Shown: in pieces, positions 1 through 10,620 of the stretch | Layout of the letters: the number at the start of each line of letters is the position of its first letter | Position numbering within the stretch: the stretch's first letter is position 1 | IMG/VR virus record: IMGVR_UViG_3300000117_000028 | Coordinates: 1 to 54,746 of that record | Length of the DNA: 54,746 nucleotides | Source: a virus | Taxonomy: Duplodnaviria; Caudoviricetes | Reading direction: 5' to 3' (one strand) | The notes under the pieces: model-generated | What the model saw: only the letters and a program-made list of their open reading frames with translations | Database searches by the model: none | Told to the model about the DNA's origin: nothing | Made by a program: the position numbers and the translations under genes

Positions 1-1
1 G

Positions 2-43
2 TGGGTGGCTACGATCCACACATCTGAAGTAACTTACGCCTAA
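2..43 (+). CDS. 3' end of tail fibre gene (probably the gene starting at 53610; contig opened inside it)
   Basis: Reads WVATIHTSEVTYA*, the same C-terminus as the paralogs ending at 52333 (WVATVNTSEVTYA) and 53610 (WVATVHTSEVTYA). Confidence 0.85.
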   Translation, partial: WVATIHTSEVTYA

Positions 44-55
44 AGGAGAAACTCA

Positions 56-361
56 ATGGCTATTCAAAACAACATCGCAGAAGGCAACAGCCAGTACGGC
101 ATCGCTTTCAACAACGCTTACTACCGCATCGTGACAGCGGCAATCAGCCGTCAACGTGGAACTGATCCAAAGTTCAGCGTGATGATTGACCTGTCAGCAT
201 ATGCGACAGCTACACCTGGTGACGACACTCGTGAGGTGGACTTCAAGCGGTACAACGCAAACCTAGATGACGTTCAGGCTGCATCAGGTGACGCATTCAT
301 AGACAAGTGCTATGCTTGGGTAATGGCTCAGGACGACATGGACGGGTCTACTGCCGTTTAA
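56..361 (+). CDS. Hypothetical protein, possibly tail-fibre associated or chaperone
   Basis: AGGAG SD at ~45-49; directly follows the fibre genes. Confidence 0.6.
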   Translation: MAIQNNIAEGNSQYGIAFNNAYYRIVTAAISRQRGTDPKFSVMIDLSAYATATPGDDTREVDFKRYNANLDDVQAASGDAFIDKCYAWVMAQDDMDGSTAV

Positions 362-371
362 GGAGTAACAC

Positions 372-2327
372 ATGCTTGGCTTTTCCCCATTAGCTGCTGC
401 CCCACTTGCAGATGATGGGGCCATTGGTGTTGCATACTCTATAGTTGCAGCCAATGGTAGCCTTGCATTTACGGGCCAAGACGCTAAATTAAACTCTGTA
501 CGTAGTGTAGATGTAGATCACGGTAGCTTTACACTTACTGGTATAACCCTAACTAACCTGTCTGTACAAGACAACTTTTTAGCTAACACAGGTGTTTTTA
601 CTACTACAGGTCAAGCAGTTGCATTTGACGTAGATCGTGTCTACACGTTTACAGTAGACAATGGCAACTTCAGTGTTTCAGGTCAAGTTTCTGACTTAGA
701 TAAGTCTGTTAAGGTTGTAGGAACTCAGGGTAGCTTCAGTCTAACTGGTCAAGAAACTACACCTAAAGTAGGCTATAATGTTACAGCTGACAGTGGTAGC
801 TTCAGTCTAACTGGTCAAGAAGTCGTACTTAAATTAGGTGAACAACTATCTGTAGATGCAGGTAACTTTAGTTTAACTGGTGTTGATGCTTCCTTAACTC
901 TACGAGATAACTTCATAGTTGATGACGGTGGCTTTAATGTCACAGGTCAAGACTCTGTACTTAACGTTGATAGTATACTGTCTGCAGATGCAGGTGTCTT
1001 TACTGCTACAGCACAGGCTGCAGATGATCTTATCAGAGGTCAAATACTTACAGCCGCTAATGGTACGTTTAGCCTTACAGGTCAAAACAGTGTAAGTAGC
1101 ATAGAGTACCCTGTCGATTTAAGTACACTTGCACTAGTTGGACAGGCTTCTGTATTTAGTATTACATTCCCTGCAGGTGTAGGTTCCTTTACTTCTACAC
1201 TACAAGATGCTACACCTAATTCTGTACGTAGTGTTTATGTAACTTCTGGTAGCTTTACCTTAGCTGGACAAGACGCTAGTGTATCTGCACAACTTAATGT
1301 AGTAGCAGACGCAGGTACATTTACTCTGACTGGAGTAGATGCAGATCCTAGAAAAGTACAGCTTCTTGTTGCAGACACAGGTACGTTTTCACTTACAGGT
1401 CAGGGTGTTAATGCTGACATTGTTGAGGTTGTAGAAAGCAATAGCTACTCTCTAACAGGACAAGATGTAAATCTAACTAAGTCTGTAGTAGAGAGTGTAA
1501 TAAGTGAATCGTTTGCTGTAACAGGACAAGACTCTAATCTAAATATTAACAGGGTCTTATCTTCAGATGCAGGTACATTCAGCCTAACAGGACAAGCTCT
1601 TGTAGTCGGTGTCACAGGTGTAGTACAAACAGGTGATTTTACTTATACAGGTCAAGCTGCAAACGTTAATGCACAGCTAAACGTAACTGCAGATCAGGGT
1701 AGCTTTACAAGTACAGGTCAAGAAGTTGATCTAATAAGAGCTATCGGTGCAGACACAGGCAGCTTCGCACTAACAGGTCAAGATACAAACTTTATTAAGT
1801 CACTTAACCTGTATGCAGAAGCTGGTGTATTTACTCTAGAAGGTCAAGAGATTGACAGAGGAATATCTGAGGCAGCGCAGGTTGGCTCCTTTGTTCTAAC
1901 GGGTCAAGCTGCTACACTAGAGTATCTACCCGGTATTATACCTGATGCAGTTACTTTCAGTACTACTGGACAAGCTGCTGTATTTAATATTAACAATACT
2001 GCAGATAATGGTACATATACTTACAGTGGTCAAAACATAGGTATAGGTACAGCTACACCTATCACAATAGATGGCTTGACAGCAAGTACAAATAACGTTA
2101 CAATAAGTGAAAACGTTAATAACTACAATGCGGATGACTTCTCTACGGGTAGAGTATTTTACCTAAGAGTACAAGACAACAGAGATAAAGTATACGTAAC
2201 TACAACAAACAGCACTGTATATATTATACCTGAAAATAATAATAACACAGTTCATATACAACCTGAATCACGCACAGTGACTATAGCACCTCAAGACAAC
2301 AGAACATCTGTTTATATAGCAGCGTAA
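372..2327 (+). CDS. Repetitive beta-strand virion structural protein
   Basis: 651 aa with many ~20-23 aa repeats of G[ST]Fx[LF]TGQ; AGGAG SD; lies in the tail module. Confidence 0.7.
   Translation: MLGFSPLAAAPLADDGAIGVAYSIVAANGSLAFTGQDAKLNSVRSVDVDHGSFTLTGITLTNLSVQDNFLANTGVFTTTGQAVAFDVDRVYTFTVDNGNFSVSGQVSDLDKSVKVVGTQGSFSLTGQETTPKVGYNVTADSGSFSLTGQEVVLKLGEQLSVDAGNFSLTGVDASLTLRDNFIVDDGGFNVTGQDSVLNVDSILSADAGVFTATAQAADDLIRGQILTAANGTFSLTGQNSVSSIEYPVDLSTLALVGQASVFSITFPAGVGSFTSTLQDATPNSVRSVYVTSGSFTLAGQDASVSAQLNVVADAGTFTLTGVDADPRKVQLLVADTGTFSLTGQGVNADIVEVVESNSYSLTGQDVNLTKSVVESVISESFAVTGQDSNLNINRVLSSDAGTFSLTGQALVVGVTGVVQTGDFTYTGQAANVNAQLNVTADQGSFTSTGQEVDLIRAIGADTGSFALTGQDTNFIKSLNLYAEAGVFTLEGQEIDRGISEAAQVGSFVLTGQAATLEYLPGIIPDAVTFSTTGQAAVFNINNTADNGTYTYSGQNIGIGTATPITIDGLTASTNNVTISENVNNYNADDFSTGRVFYLRVQDNRDKVYVTTTNSTVYIIPENNNNTVHIQPESRTVTIAPQDNRTSVYIAA
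729..821 (+). repeat. Exact 27-bp direct repeat GGTAGCTTCAGTCTAACTGGTCAAGAA (729-755, 795-821)
   Basis: Read directly; 66-nt offset equals one 22-aa repeat unit. Confidence 0.9.
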
Positions 2328-2336
2328 GGAATACTT

Positions 2337-2654
2337 ATGTCATACAAATGGCCCGACAAAGATAAGGATGAAGTGGTAGACTACAGCGTAGACTGGTCAC
2401 GCTTCTTAGGTACAGACACTATCTCTGCTGCTGTATGGTTTATCTATGATTCAGACGGTACTAAAGAAGAAGTATCAGACACTGAGACAGTGAATGGATT
2501 GCAGTTTGTTCAGGGTACTATTTCTAATCAAGTATCTACAGCAAGGTTTGGGTTAGGTACAAATAACACCCGCTACACTATTGGCTGTAAGATTACAACT
2601 GCTGATGGTCTTACGTATGAACGTTCTATCTTCCTACGTATTAAGGAGAAGTAA
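2337..2654 (+). CDS. Putative fibre-tail adaptor protein
   Basis: WPDKDxDEVVDYSVDW motif typical of small phage tail adaptors; position in tail module. Confidence 0.55.
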   Translation: MSYKWPDKDKDEVVDYSVDWSRFLGTDTISAAVWFIYDSDGTKEEVSDTETVNGLQFVQGTISNQVSTARFGLGTNNTRYTIGCKITTADGLTYERSIFLRIKEK

Positions 2655-2657
2655 GAC

Positions 2658-3347
2658 ATGGCGTATGATTATATCAGCCTAGTAAATGACATTAACCGTA
2701 GACTTAATGAAGTAGAACTTACTAGCTCTAACTTTATTACCGCCACAGGTTATTATAGCTTTGCTAAGGATGCAGTAAATGCTTCTATCCGTCACATTAA
2801 TCAAGAAGAATTTGAGTGGCCTTGGAATCATGTAGAGGAAACTGAGGTGCTTGTAGCTGGTGAAGTTCGCTACAGTATGCCATACGATGCTAAGACTGTT
2901 AATATGAATACGTTTCGTATTAAGCGCAACGCAGACTTAAACGTTGAAACTGTTAAGTTAAAGATATTGTCATATGAAGAATACCTTGACAAATACGCAG
3001 ATTCAGAGTATAACTCTAGTACGAACAATAGATCTACACCCACTCACGTAGTACGTACACCTAGCCGTGAACTTATCTTTTACCCTAATCCAGACAAAGC
3101 ATACGAAGTAGTGTATGAATACTACGCTTTAGGCTATGACTTAGAAAGTGCTACAGACGTACCTAACTTACCTGAGCAGTATCGTTATGTTATTATAGAT
3201 GGTGCTATGTACTACGTATATCAGTTCCGTGGTGACATGCAGGCAGCACAATTAGCACTACAAAAGTTTGAGCAAGGTATTAAACAATTACGTAGCTTAC
3301 ATATTAATCGCACAGAATACCTGCGAGATACACGAGTACATTTCTAA
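2658..3347 (+). CDS. Tail tubular protein A / head-tail adaptor
   Basis: 229 aa, INQEEFEWPW and FYPNPDKAY motifs; precedes the nozzle gene with TAATG coupling. Confidence 0.7.
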   Translation: MAYDYISLVNDINRRLNEVELTSSNFITATGYYSFAKDAVNASIRHINQEEFEWPWNHVEETEVLVAGEVRYSMPYDAKTVNMNTFRIKRNADLNVETVKLKILSYEEYLDKYADSEYNSSTNNRSTPTHVVRTPSRELIFYPNPDKAYEVVYEYYALGYDLESATDVPNLPEQYRYVIIDGAMYYVYQFRGDMQAAQLALQKFEQGIKQLRSLHINRTEYLRDTRVHF

Positions 3348-4951
3348 TGGCTACACAGTGGCAGACATTTCCTATTGAGTTTAGAGGTGGTCTCATCTCT
3401 AACATGTCACCACTACAGCATGGTACTAATGCTGTTGGCTCTGCTACAATTCTACAGAACTTTGAGCCTAACAAAGAAGGTGGCTACGCTAAGATCAAAG
3501 GCTTTGAGAAGTTTAGCACTACAGCTGTACCGGGGTCTGGCCCTATACTATCGCTCAAAGTAATAAGCTCTGGGCGTATTGTTGTAGCTAGGCAGAATGG
3601 TTCTAACGTAACAGAGTACTACTACGGCACAGGTACTACGTGGACATCCATGGGTGCAAGACCTTTGCTTGGTGGTAAGGCTAAGCACGTTCTATATAAC
3701 CTAGACGGTGATGATAAAGTTATCTTTGTAGATAGTAATAACTACCCTGCTACTTACAACACATCAGGCAATACTCTCACCCCTATTACAGGTAGCACAG
3801 ATGTACTAGGTGCAGAGAATGTAGCAGTGTTTAAGAATACAGCATTCTACGCTAAGGGTAACAACCTATACTTTACTGCACCCTTTACTGTAGATGACTT
3901 TAGTGCAGCTAATGGTGCAGGTAGTATTAATGTAGGTAATGATGTTACAGGTCTTGTAGTATTTCGTGATCAGCTAATCATTTTTACTACCAGCACTATT
4001 AAACGCTTGACGGGTAATACATCTGCTGACTTCCAAGTTTCACCTATTACAGATCGTATTGGCTGTGTTAATGGTGACACTATTCAGGAAGTTGGTGGTG
4101 ACATTATGTATCTAGCACCTGATGGTATTCGACTACTAAGTGCTACTGATCGTATTGGTGACTTTGGACTAGACATTGCATCGGATAGTATCTTTAAAGA
4201 TGCTAATACTTTTATCAATAACTCTTCTATCTTTTCATCTGTACTACTACGTGAGAAAGCCCAGTATCGTATCTTCTCATATGTAGCATCAGAGCAAGAT
4301 AGCACAGCTAAAGGTCTTATAGCTACTAAGTTTGTATCACAAGGTGCTGCAGGTATTTCTTGGGCTACAACTAAAGGCATCAAAGTCTACGTAGCTGATG
4401 GTAGTTACTCTGGGTCACAAGAGACAATAGCTTTTGCTAATGAAGATGGTTACATCTATGTGTTAGACACAGGTAGTGACTTTGATGGGCTACCTATTGA
4501 GGCTATCTACGAGTCACCCTATATGCCTCTGTCTGATCCTCAGGTGCGTAAGTCATTCTACAAGATGACACTCTATGCAGAACCTACTGGTAGTATGACT
4601 CTGGATTTTAATGTTAAGTATGATTTCGGTTCATCTACAAACACAGGTGTTATACAACCCGCTACACAGAACATTGCAAGTACGGGTGTTTCTGTATTCA
4701 TATTTGGGGAATCTAGTTCTAACTTTGGACAAGCAGACTCTAATGATGCAACACAGGTAGATACATCTTGGCCCCTTTACGATCCTACTAAATCCTATGC
4801 TACATACGGCGGTGAGTTAGACAAAATCTACAACACAAATATTGTTGGCTCAGGTAAGACTATAGCCCTTCGTATTGAAGACAATTCTACAAACCCTACA
4901 TTCACTCTAGACACAGCCTTGCTAGAGTTTAGACAAAACGATAGACAGTAA
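3347..4951 (+). CDS. Tail tubular protein B / nozzle (beta-propeller)
   Basis: 534 aa, N-terminal FRGGL, GCVNGDTIQEVGGDIMYLAPDGIR propeller motif; podovirus synteny. Confidence 0.7.
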   Translation: MATQWQTFPIEFRGGLISNMSPLQHGTNAVGSATILQNFEPNKEGGYAKIKGFEKFSTTAVPGSGPILSLKVISSGRIVVARQNGSNVTEYYYGTGTTWTSMGARPLLGGKAKHVLYNLDGDDKVIFVDSNNYPATYNTSGNTLTPITGSTDVLGAENVAVFKNTAFYAKGNNLYFTAPFTVDDFSAANGAGSINVGNDVTGLVVFRDQLIIFTTSTIKRLTGNTSADFQVSPITDRIGCVNGDTIQEVGGDIMYLAPDGIRLLSATDRIGDFGLDIASDSIFKDANTFINNSSIFSSVLLREKAQYRIFSYVASEQDSTAKGLIATKFVSQGAAGISWATTKGIKVYVADGSYSGSQETIAFANEDGYIYVLDTGSDFDGLPIEAIYESPYMPLSDPQVRKSFYKMTLYAEPTGSMTLDFNVKYDFGSSTNTGVIQPATQNIASTGVSVFIFGESSSNFGQADSNDATQVDTSWPLYDPTKSYATYGGELDKIYNTNIVGSGKTIALRIEDNSTNPTFTLDTALLEFRQNDRQ

Positions 4952-4961
4952 GGACTAAAAC

Positions 4962-6572
4962 ATGGCAGGTTATATACGTCAGGATACAGCAAACAAAATT
5001 GCTAACGGTAACGTTATTGATGCAGATGACTTTGATGCTGAGTACAATGCCATTGAGGCAGGGTTTAACGCATCTACTGGTCACGCTCATGATGGTACTG
5101 CAGGCGAGGGTGCTCCTATCACTAAGGTAGGCCCAGCGCAAGACCTTATTGTTTCAGGTACAGCCCTTACGCCTAAGACTACTAACACTCTGGACTTAGG
5201 TACAGCCTCTGTACAATATAAGAATGCTTGGTTTGATGGTACTGTAGACACAGATGCCTTGACTGTATCAGAGAATGCTACAGTAGGTGGTACTCTTGGT
5301 GTTACAGGTATTATAACAGCTACAGGCGGTGTTACTGGTAACGTCACGGGTAATGTAACAGGTACAGTATCTGACGTATCTAACCATGACACAGATGCCA
5401 TCAGTGAAGGATCAACTAACCAGTACTTTACTACTGCTCGTGCTAGATCTTCTCTGTCAGCTACAGGTAATCTCAGCTACAACTCAGATACAGGTGTTAT
5501 TAGTTTTACACAGGGTGATACAGACACTGTAGCAGAAGGCACGACTAACCTATACTACACAGATGCACGTGCTACTGCAGCTGCTAAGGCTGCTATATCT
5601 GTAACTGACTCTGGTGGTGACGGTAGCCTGACCTACTCTGCTGGTGCTATTACATACACTGGCCCTAGTGCAGCTGAAACACGTGCTCACTTTAGTGGTG
5701 GTACAGGCGTAAGCATTACAGATGGTGTTGTAGCTATAGGTCAGGCTGTAGGTACTACATCTGATGTTACGTTTAACGACACTATAGTTAATGGCAACCT
5801 AACAGTAAACGGGACTACTACCACCGTAAACACTGAGACACTCAACCTTGCAGATAACCAGATTGTTCTCAACTCTAATGAGACAGGCACACCCACACAG
5901 AATGGTGGCATTGAGATTGAGCGTGGTACAGCCGCTAACAAAACACTTGTATGGAATGAGGCAGACGATAAGTGGACTGTAGGCAGTGAGACATTTGTAG
6001 CTGGTACATTTGAGGGTAATCTTACAGGTAATGCCAGTACAGCCACTACACTACAAACAGCCCGTATTATTACCCTTACGGGTGACGTGTCAGGTTCTGT
6101 GTCTTTTAATGGTGGTTCTGACGTTAGCATCACGGCTACCGTAGCAGATGACAGTCACAACCATGTTATCAGCAATGTTGATGGACTACAAACAGCCTTA
6201 AATGGTAAAGAAGCTGTTAATGTAGAAATACTTAAAGCAGATACAGACGATAATCTTACTGCAGGATACACAGCTACAGCAGATGATGATGGAACTAAGT
6301 CAAGTGGTACGTATACTCCCGCCCCTGCAGGCGGTAACTTAAAGCGTATTATTAATGGTGGTGCTTTTACATTAGCTGCACCTACAGCAGCAGGTGATTA
6401 TACTTTAGTTATTCAAATGACAAACAATGCATCTGCAGGTATAATAACATTAAGTGGTTTTACTAGAACCATTGATGAAGGGTATCTAACTACGACAGAT
6501 GGACACGACTTCTTTTTATTCATTACAAAAATTAATGGCTTTACTTCTTTGACCATACAGGCACTGCAATAA
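4962..6572 (+). CDS. Tail fibre protein
   Basis: G/T-rich; GHAHDG, repeated EGxTNxYxTxARA, GNLTVNGTTTTVNT and DDSHNH fibre motifs. Confidence 0.75.
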   Translation: MAGYIRQDTANKIANGNVIDADDFDAEYNAIEAGFNASTGHAHDGTAGEGAPITKVGPAQDLIVSGTALTPKTTNTLDLGTASVQYKNAWFDGTVDTDALTVSENATVGGTLGVTGIITATGGVTGNVTGNVTGTVSDVSNHDTDAISEGSTNQYFTTARARSSLSATGNLSYNSDTGVISFTQGDTDTVAEGTTNLYYTDARATAAAKAAISVTDSGGDGSLTYSAGAITYTGPSAAETRAHFSGGTGVSITDGVVAIGQAVGTTSDVTFNDTIVNGNLTVNGTTTTVNTETLNLADNQIVLNSNETGTPTQNGGIEIERGTAANKTLVWNEADDKWTVGSETFVAGTFEGNLTGNASTATTLQTARIITLTGDVSGSVSFNGGSDVSITATVADDSHNHVISNVDGLQTALNGKEAVNVEILKADTDDNLTAGYTATADDDGTKSSGTYTPAPAGGNLKRIINGGAFTLAAPTAAGDYTLVIQMTNNASAGIITLSGFTRTIDEGYLTTTDGHDFFLFITKINGFTSLTIQALQ

Positions 6573-7453
6573 TGTTTCCTTTCCCAACCACGCCTAATAA
6601 AAAAGTATTTGATGCAAACTTTGGTAACAGTCAGAGGTATGATTCTGTATCTAAAGATTTCCAACCTGCAGGTATTGGGAGCGGCCCCCAGTGCACATAT
6701 TGGTCGCCAGACGGTACAAGGCTATATGCAGGATACAATAATTATATTTATCAGTATTCTATGTCTGTAGCCTGGGATATATCAACACTGGCGGTAGTTC
6801 AGGGTTTAAGTGTATCAAGTTCTACTTGGGGTATTTACTTTAAGCCAGATGGCACAGCGTTCTTTGTAGTAACTTCAAATAAGACCTTTTATAAGTACTC
6901 CTTAAGCACGGCATGGGATATAAGCACACTAACTGCAGATGGAGTTCTACTTTACGGTAACTATAGTTTTAGTTCTGCGATGTATGATAAGAGTGTCTCT
7001 GGCCTATTTATATCTTCAGATGGAACTAAAGTTTTTACTACAAATAGTGGTGGTAGCACTAATTATAATAAAATGTATCGTGTAGATTTATCTACTGCGT
7101 GGGATATCACTACAGGCAGCTATCACTCATTAGGAAACACGCAGCAAATTAATAACAGAGGTTTGTTTTTTAGCCCTGATGGTAGAAAGGTGTGGATCTC
7201 CAGTACTGCAAACGCTGGTAACGTAGAACAAAGAAGTTTAACAACGTCTTGGGATTTAAGTACTTCTTCTTTTGATATACAAAAGCCCAGTATTTCTATA
7301 AACTTGTCAGATCCAGAAACACACTTTATAAGTAGTAATCCGTTTTTTAGACCTGACGGTAGCAAAATGTACTTGCTTATGGAGGGGACAAATGCTGCTC
7401 CCGCACCAGATGATAAAATATTTCAGTTTTCTAGTGATGGCGCAGGTTCATGA
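6572..7453 (+). CDS. Beta-propeller protein, putative receptor-binding or fibre-tip component
   Basis: Repeated F(S/K/R)PDG and LSTAWDIST blades; TAATG-coupled to the fibre gene. Confidence 0.65.
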   Translation: MFPFPTTPNKKVFDANFGNSQRYDSVSKDFQPAGIGSGPQCTYWSPDGTRLYAGYNNYIYQYSMSVAWDISTLAVVQGLSVSSSTWGIYFKPDGTAFFVVTSNKTFYKYSLSTAWDISTLTADGVLLYGNYSFSSAMYDKSVSGLFISSDGTKVFTTNSGGSTNYNKMYRVDLSTAWDITTGSYHSLGNTQQINNRGLFFSPDGRKVWISSTANAGNVEQRSLTTSWDLSTSSFDIQKPSISINLSDPETHFISSNPFFRPDGSKMYLLMEGTNAAPAPDDKIFQFSSDGAGS

Positions 7454-7704
7454 CACATGTAACATTGACACCAGACGAGCTAGAAGCTATGCTAGACAGG
7501 GCTGCAAGACGTGGAGCTAAAGAAGCCCTGTCAGCTATAGGCTTGCATGATACTAATGCAGCCAAAGACATAAACGAAATGCGAGACCTACTAGAAGCGT
7601 GGAGAGATACCCGTAAAGGTATTTGGACTACGATAGTAAAAATAACAACGGTAGGTGTGCTAACATTTATAGCAGGTGCTGTCTGGATGACACTAAACAA
7701 ATAA
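7450..7704 (+). CDS. DUF6127-like small membrane protein
   Basis: AARRGAKEALxxIGL...EMRDLLEAWRD plus a C-terminal transmembrane helix. Confidence 0.6.
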   Translation: MTHVTLTPDELEAMLDRAARRGAKEALSAIGLHDTNAAKDINEMRDLLEAWRDTRKGIWTTIVKITTVGVLTFIAGAVWMTLNK

Positions 7705-7713
7705 GGCATAGAC

Positions 7714-10392
7714 ATGATTAATCAAATTAAAAATCCTACATTCGGTGGTTTTAAACCAGATGCTATGCAGCGTATTGCAGGTACACTGGGTTATACTGGT
7801 GACATGTCTGGCTTTCAACAGTACTTAGAACAGAACCCTGAAAAACTTACACAGATGGAACGGTTTAAACAAGCTGCTATGATGATGGCAAAGGGTGGTA
7901 GTGTACAAAAATTTCAGCCCGGTGGTATGCCGCAGACTATGCCTAACACTACTGGTGGTAGTACATCTCCAGATAGTTTGAATCAAGAAGAACAAATAAA
8001 TATGTTTAATCTAAAGATGTCTAATCAGCTACAAGAAAATAATGCTACACAACAACCTGCACAGATGGCTACACAAGTTACACCTGAACAGATAACAACA
8101 CAAAATCTTGAGCAGCAAAACAGTATGTTTAATCAGCAGAATGTTAATCAGCTACAAGGAAATACTGCTACACAACAACCTGCACAGGCTAATGGTGTTA
8201 TGCAAGGCCCAGAGCCTACAGAGCAACAAATAGCAATGCGAGATGCAAATAATGCGTTCATGAAATCTCCTGTTATTATGGCTGCTCAAGAAGCGTCAGA
8301 AGCTCTACAGAAACAAGCTATGCAGCAAGCAGGTCTTAGTGGCCCTCCTACTAATCAAGAAGAGGCAGACCGTTTTCGGGCTGCTTTTACCACTTTGGCA
8401 GAGAACAGCCCAGAGTTAAAAGCTGCACGTGATGCGCAGAATAAGTTTAATGCAGAGATGCAGAATAAATTTAAAAAAGCCGACAAAGAAGAAACTGGTG
8501 ACGTTAATAACATTGGGCAAGAAATTGAACAAGAATACACCAATGCACAAACAAACTACACACAACAAAGATTAGAACTACTACGTCTTCAACAAGAAGC
8601 TAAGGCAAATCCAGATGATACTAATTTGAAGGAACTTGTAGAAGCTAAAGGCAAAGAATTATCAGACACATACTCAAATCTTCAACAGCTTCAGCCACTA
8701 TATCAATCCACAAAAAAAACAATCAAAGATGTAATGACTGAACGTGCAGTTGATCCTACGTTGCCTGAAGGTACTAGTGTTACTGCAGAGCGTATTCAGA
8801 AAGAACCCGGACAGTTTATTGAGGCTGGTAGTGGTCAGGTGTCTGGTGAGTTTGGTGTAGATAAAGTTGCATTAGCTGATACATACCTTTCCCCAAACGT
8901 AGATCAGCCTGACACAGCTAAGTATGAAGCAGATATTGCCGCAGATAAAGTGGCTGCACAAACACAAGCACTACAGCCTGCACAAACAGATGAAGATGAT
9001 GCACGTGCTAAAGTAACTGCTGCTACGGCTACAGAAAGCATGGTTGGTGATCTTAATGCTGCACAGGGTACTGCTACTCTTATGAAGAATGAAGTACAAC
9101 GTGAGATACAAGACGGTGAGCTAGTATCTGGTGCTGCTGCAGATGCAACTAAGGCAGCTAAGTTTACTGAACAGATTGATGCAGCAACTGCTACACCATC
9201 AGAGAAAGCTACAGTACAGGGTCAACTTGTAGGACTGATGGAGCAGTTTGAAAGTGGTGAGCCGCCAGCGTGGGCTGCGGGTGCCATGCGTTTAGCTAAT
9301 CAGCAAATGGCTGCACGTGGTCTTGGCGCTTCCTCTATGGCAGGGCAGGCTGTTCTACAAGCAGCTATGGAAAGTGCTCTGCCTATTGCACAAGCTGACG
9401 CAGCTACAGTGGCAAAGTTTGAATCACAGAACTTGTCAAATCGTCAGCAACGTGCTATACTTGCAGCAGAACAACGTGCAAAATTTATGGGTCAAGAGTT
9501 TGACCAAGAGTTCCAGACACGTATACTAAATGCAAGTAAGATTAGCGACATTGCTAATATGAACTTTACTGCTGACCAACAGGTACAGCTAGAAAACGCT
9601 CGTTCAGTACAGACAATGAACTTAGAAAACTTGTCTAACCGTCAAGCTATGGTTCTTGCAGAGGCATCTGCACTAGCTAACCTAGACATGGCTAACTTGA
9701 ACAATCGTCAACAAACTGCTGTACAAAATGCTCAGAACTTCTTACAGCTTGATATGGCAAACCTGTCTAACGAACAACAGACAGAATTGTTTAAGTCGCA
9801 ACAAAATATTAACTCTATGCTTACTGACCAAGCTGCTGTTAATGCGTCACGTCAGTTTAATGCGCAGTCAGAGAACCAAGCTAATCAGTTCTACGACAAC
9901 TTAACCTCTACTATTAATATGCATAATAATGAACAACGGAATGCACAACAACGTTATAATTCAGGTCAAGTAAATGCTGCTAATCAGTTTAATGCTGAGA
10001 TAAAAAACAATCGTGAACAGTTTAATGCACAGAACCAGTTGATAGTTGATCAGAATAATGCAACATGGCGTAGAGAGATTTCGACTGCAGATACTGCTGC
10101 CATTAACCGTGCAAACGAATTGAATGCTATCAATACACTGGACATCTCTAACACTGCTTACAGTAATATGTGGCAACTATATGGTGATCAAATGGAGTGG
10201 GCATGGACAAGTGCAGAGAACCAACAAGATCGTTTAAATGAACTTGCGCAAGAACAGTTATCACTTGAAGAAAGGAAGATGATGATAGATGCAGAGTCTT
10301 CTAAATCTTTTGGTAGTCTTGTAAGTACTCTTTTGTTTACTGACATGTCTACGCTTGGCAAGACGTTTGGTGGAAGTATCTTAGGTTTTTAA
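7714..10392 (+). CDS. Internal virion / ejection protein (Q/N/A-rich coiled coil)
   Basis: 892 aa, RGLGASSMAG motif and NLxNxQQ repeats; position after tail genes. Confidence 0.6.
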   Translation: MINQIKNPTFGGFKPDAMQRIAGTLGYTGDMSGFQQYLEQNPEKLTQMERFKQAAMMMAKGGSVQKFQPGGMPQTMPNTTGGSTSPDSLNQEEQINMFNLKMSNQLQENNATQQPAQMATQVTPEQITTQNLEQQNSMFNQQNVNQLQGNTATQQPAQANGVMQGPEPTEQQIAMRDANNAFMKSPVIMAAQEASEALQKQAMQQAGLSGPPTNQEEADRFRAAFTTLAENSPELKAARDAQNKFNAEMQNKFKKADKEETGDVNNIGQEIEQEYTNAQTNYTQQRLELLRLQQEAKANPDDTNLKELVEAKGKELSDTYSNLQQLQPLYQSTKKTIKDVMTERAVDPTLPEGTSVTAERIQKEPGQFIEAGSGQVSGEFGVDKVALADTYLSPNVDQPDTAKYEADIAADKVAAQTQALQPAQTDEDDARAKVTAATATESMVGDLNAAQGTATLMKNEVQREIQDGELVSGAAADATKAAKFTEQIDAATATPSEKATVQGQLVGLMEQFESGEPPAWAAGAMRLANQQMAARGLGASSMAGQAVLQAAMESALPIAQADAATVAKFESQNLSNRQQRAILAAEQRAKFMGQEFDQEFQTRILNASKISDIANMNFTADQQVQLENARSVQTMNLENLSNRQAMVLAEASALANLDMANLNNRQQTAVQNAQNFLQLDMANLSNEQQTELFKSQQNINSMLTDQAAVNASRQFNAQSENQANQFYDNLTSTINMHNNEQRNAQQRYNSGQVNAANQFNAEIKNNREQFNAQNQLIVDQNNATWRREISTADTAAINRANELNAINTLDISNTAYSNMWQLYGDQMEWAWTSAENQQDRLNELAQEQLSLEERKMMIDAESSKSFGSLVSTLLFTDMSTLGKTFGGSILGF
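8002..8187 (+). repeat. Imperfect 63-bp internal duplication (8002-8064 / 8125-8187)
   Basis: Encodes MFNLKMSNQLQENNATQQPAQ versus MFNQQNVNQLQGNTATQQPAQ. Confidence 0.85.
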
Positions 10393-10404
10393 AGGAATAA
10401 TATA

Positions 10405-10620
10405 ATGAATTTATACACCGCTGCTGCAAAAAGTTATGCGAAAGCTGTACGTGATTTAGACAAGCGTAAGAAACCAACTATAGAACCACAGAAAACTGGT
10501 GGTCTACTTGGACGTAACATGGCACGTAAACCTAAGACGCAAGAGTCAAAAGAAAAAGAGCCATACGATATGGTTCTTGAGGCTATGGAACAAATTCGTG
10601 AGTATAGGAATAAAATATAA
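10405..10620 (+). CDS. Small basic hypothetical virion-associated protein
   Basis: AAGGA SD; TAATG-coupled to the next gene. Confidence 0.6.
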   Translation: MNLYTAAAKSYAKAVRDLDKRKKPTIEPQKTGGLLGRNMARKPKTQESKEKEPYDMVLEAMEQIREYRNKI

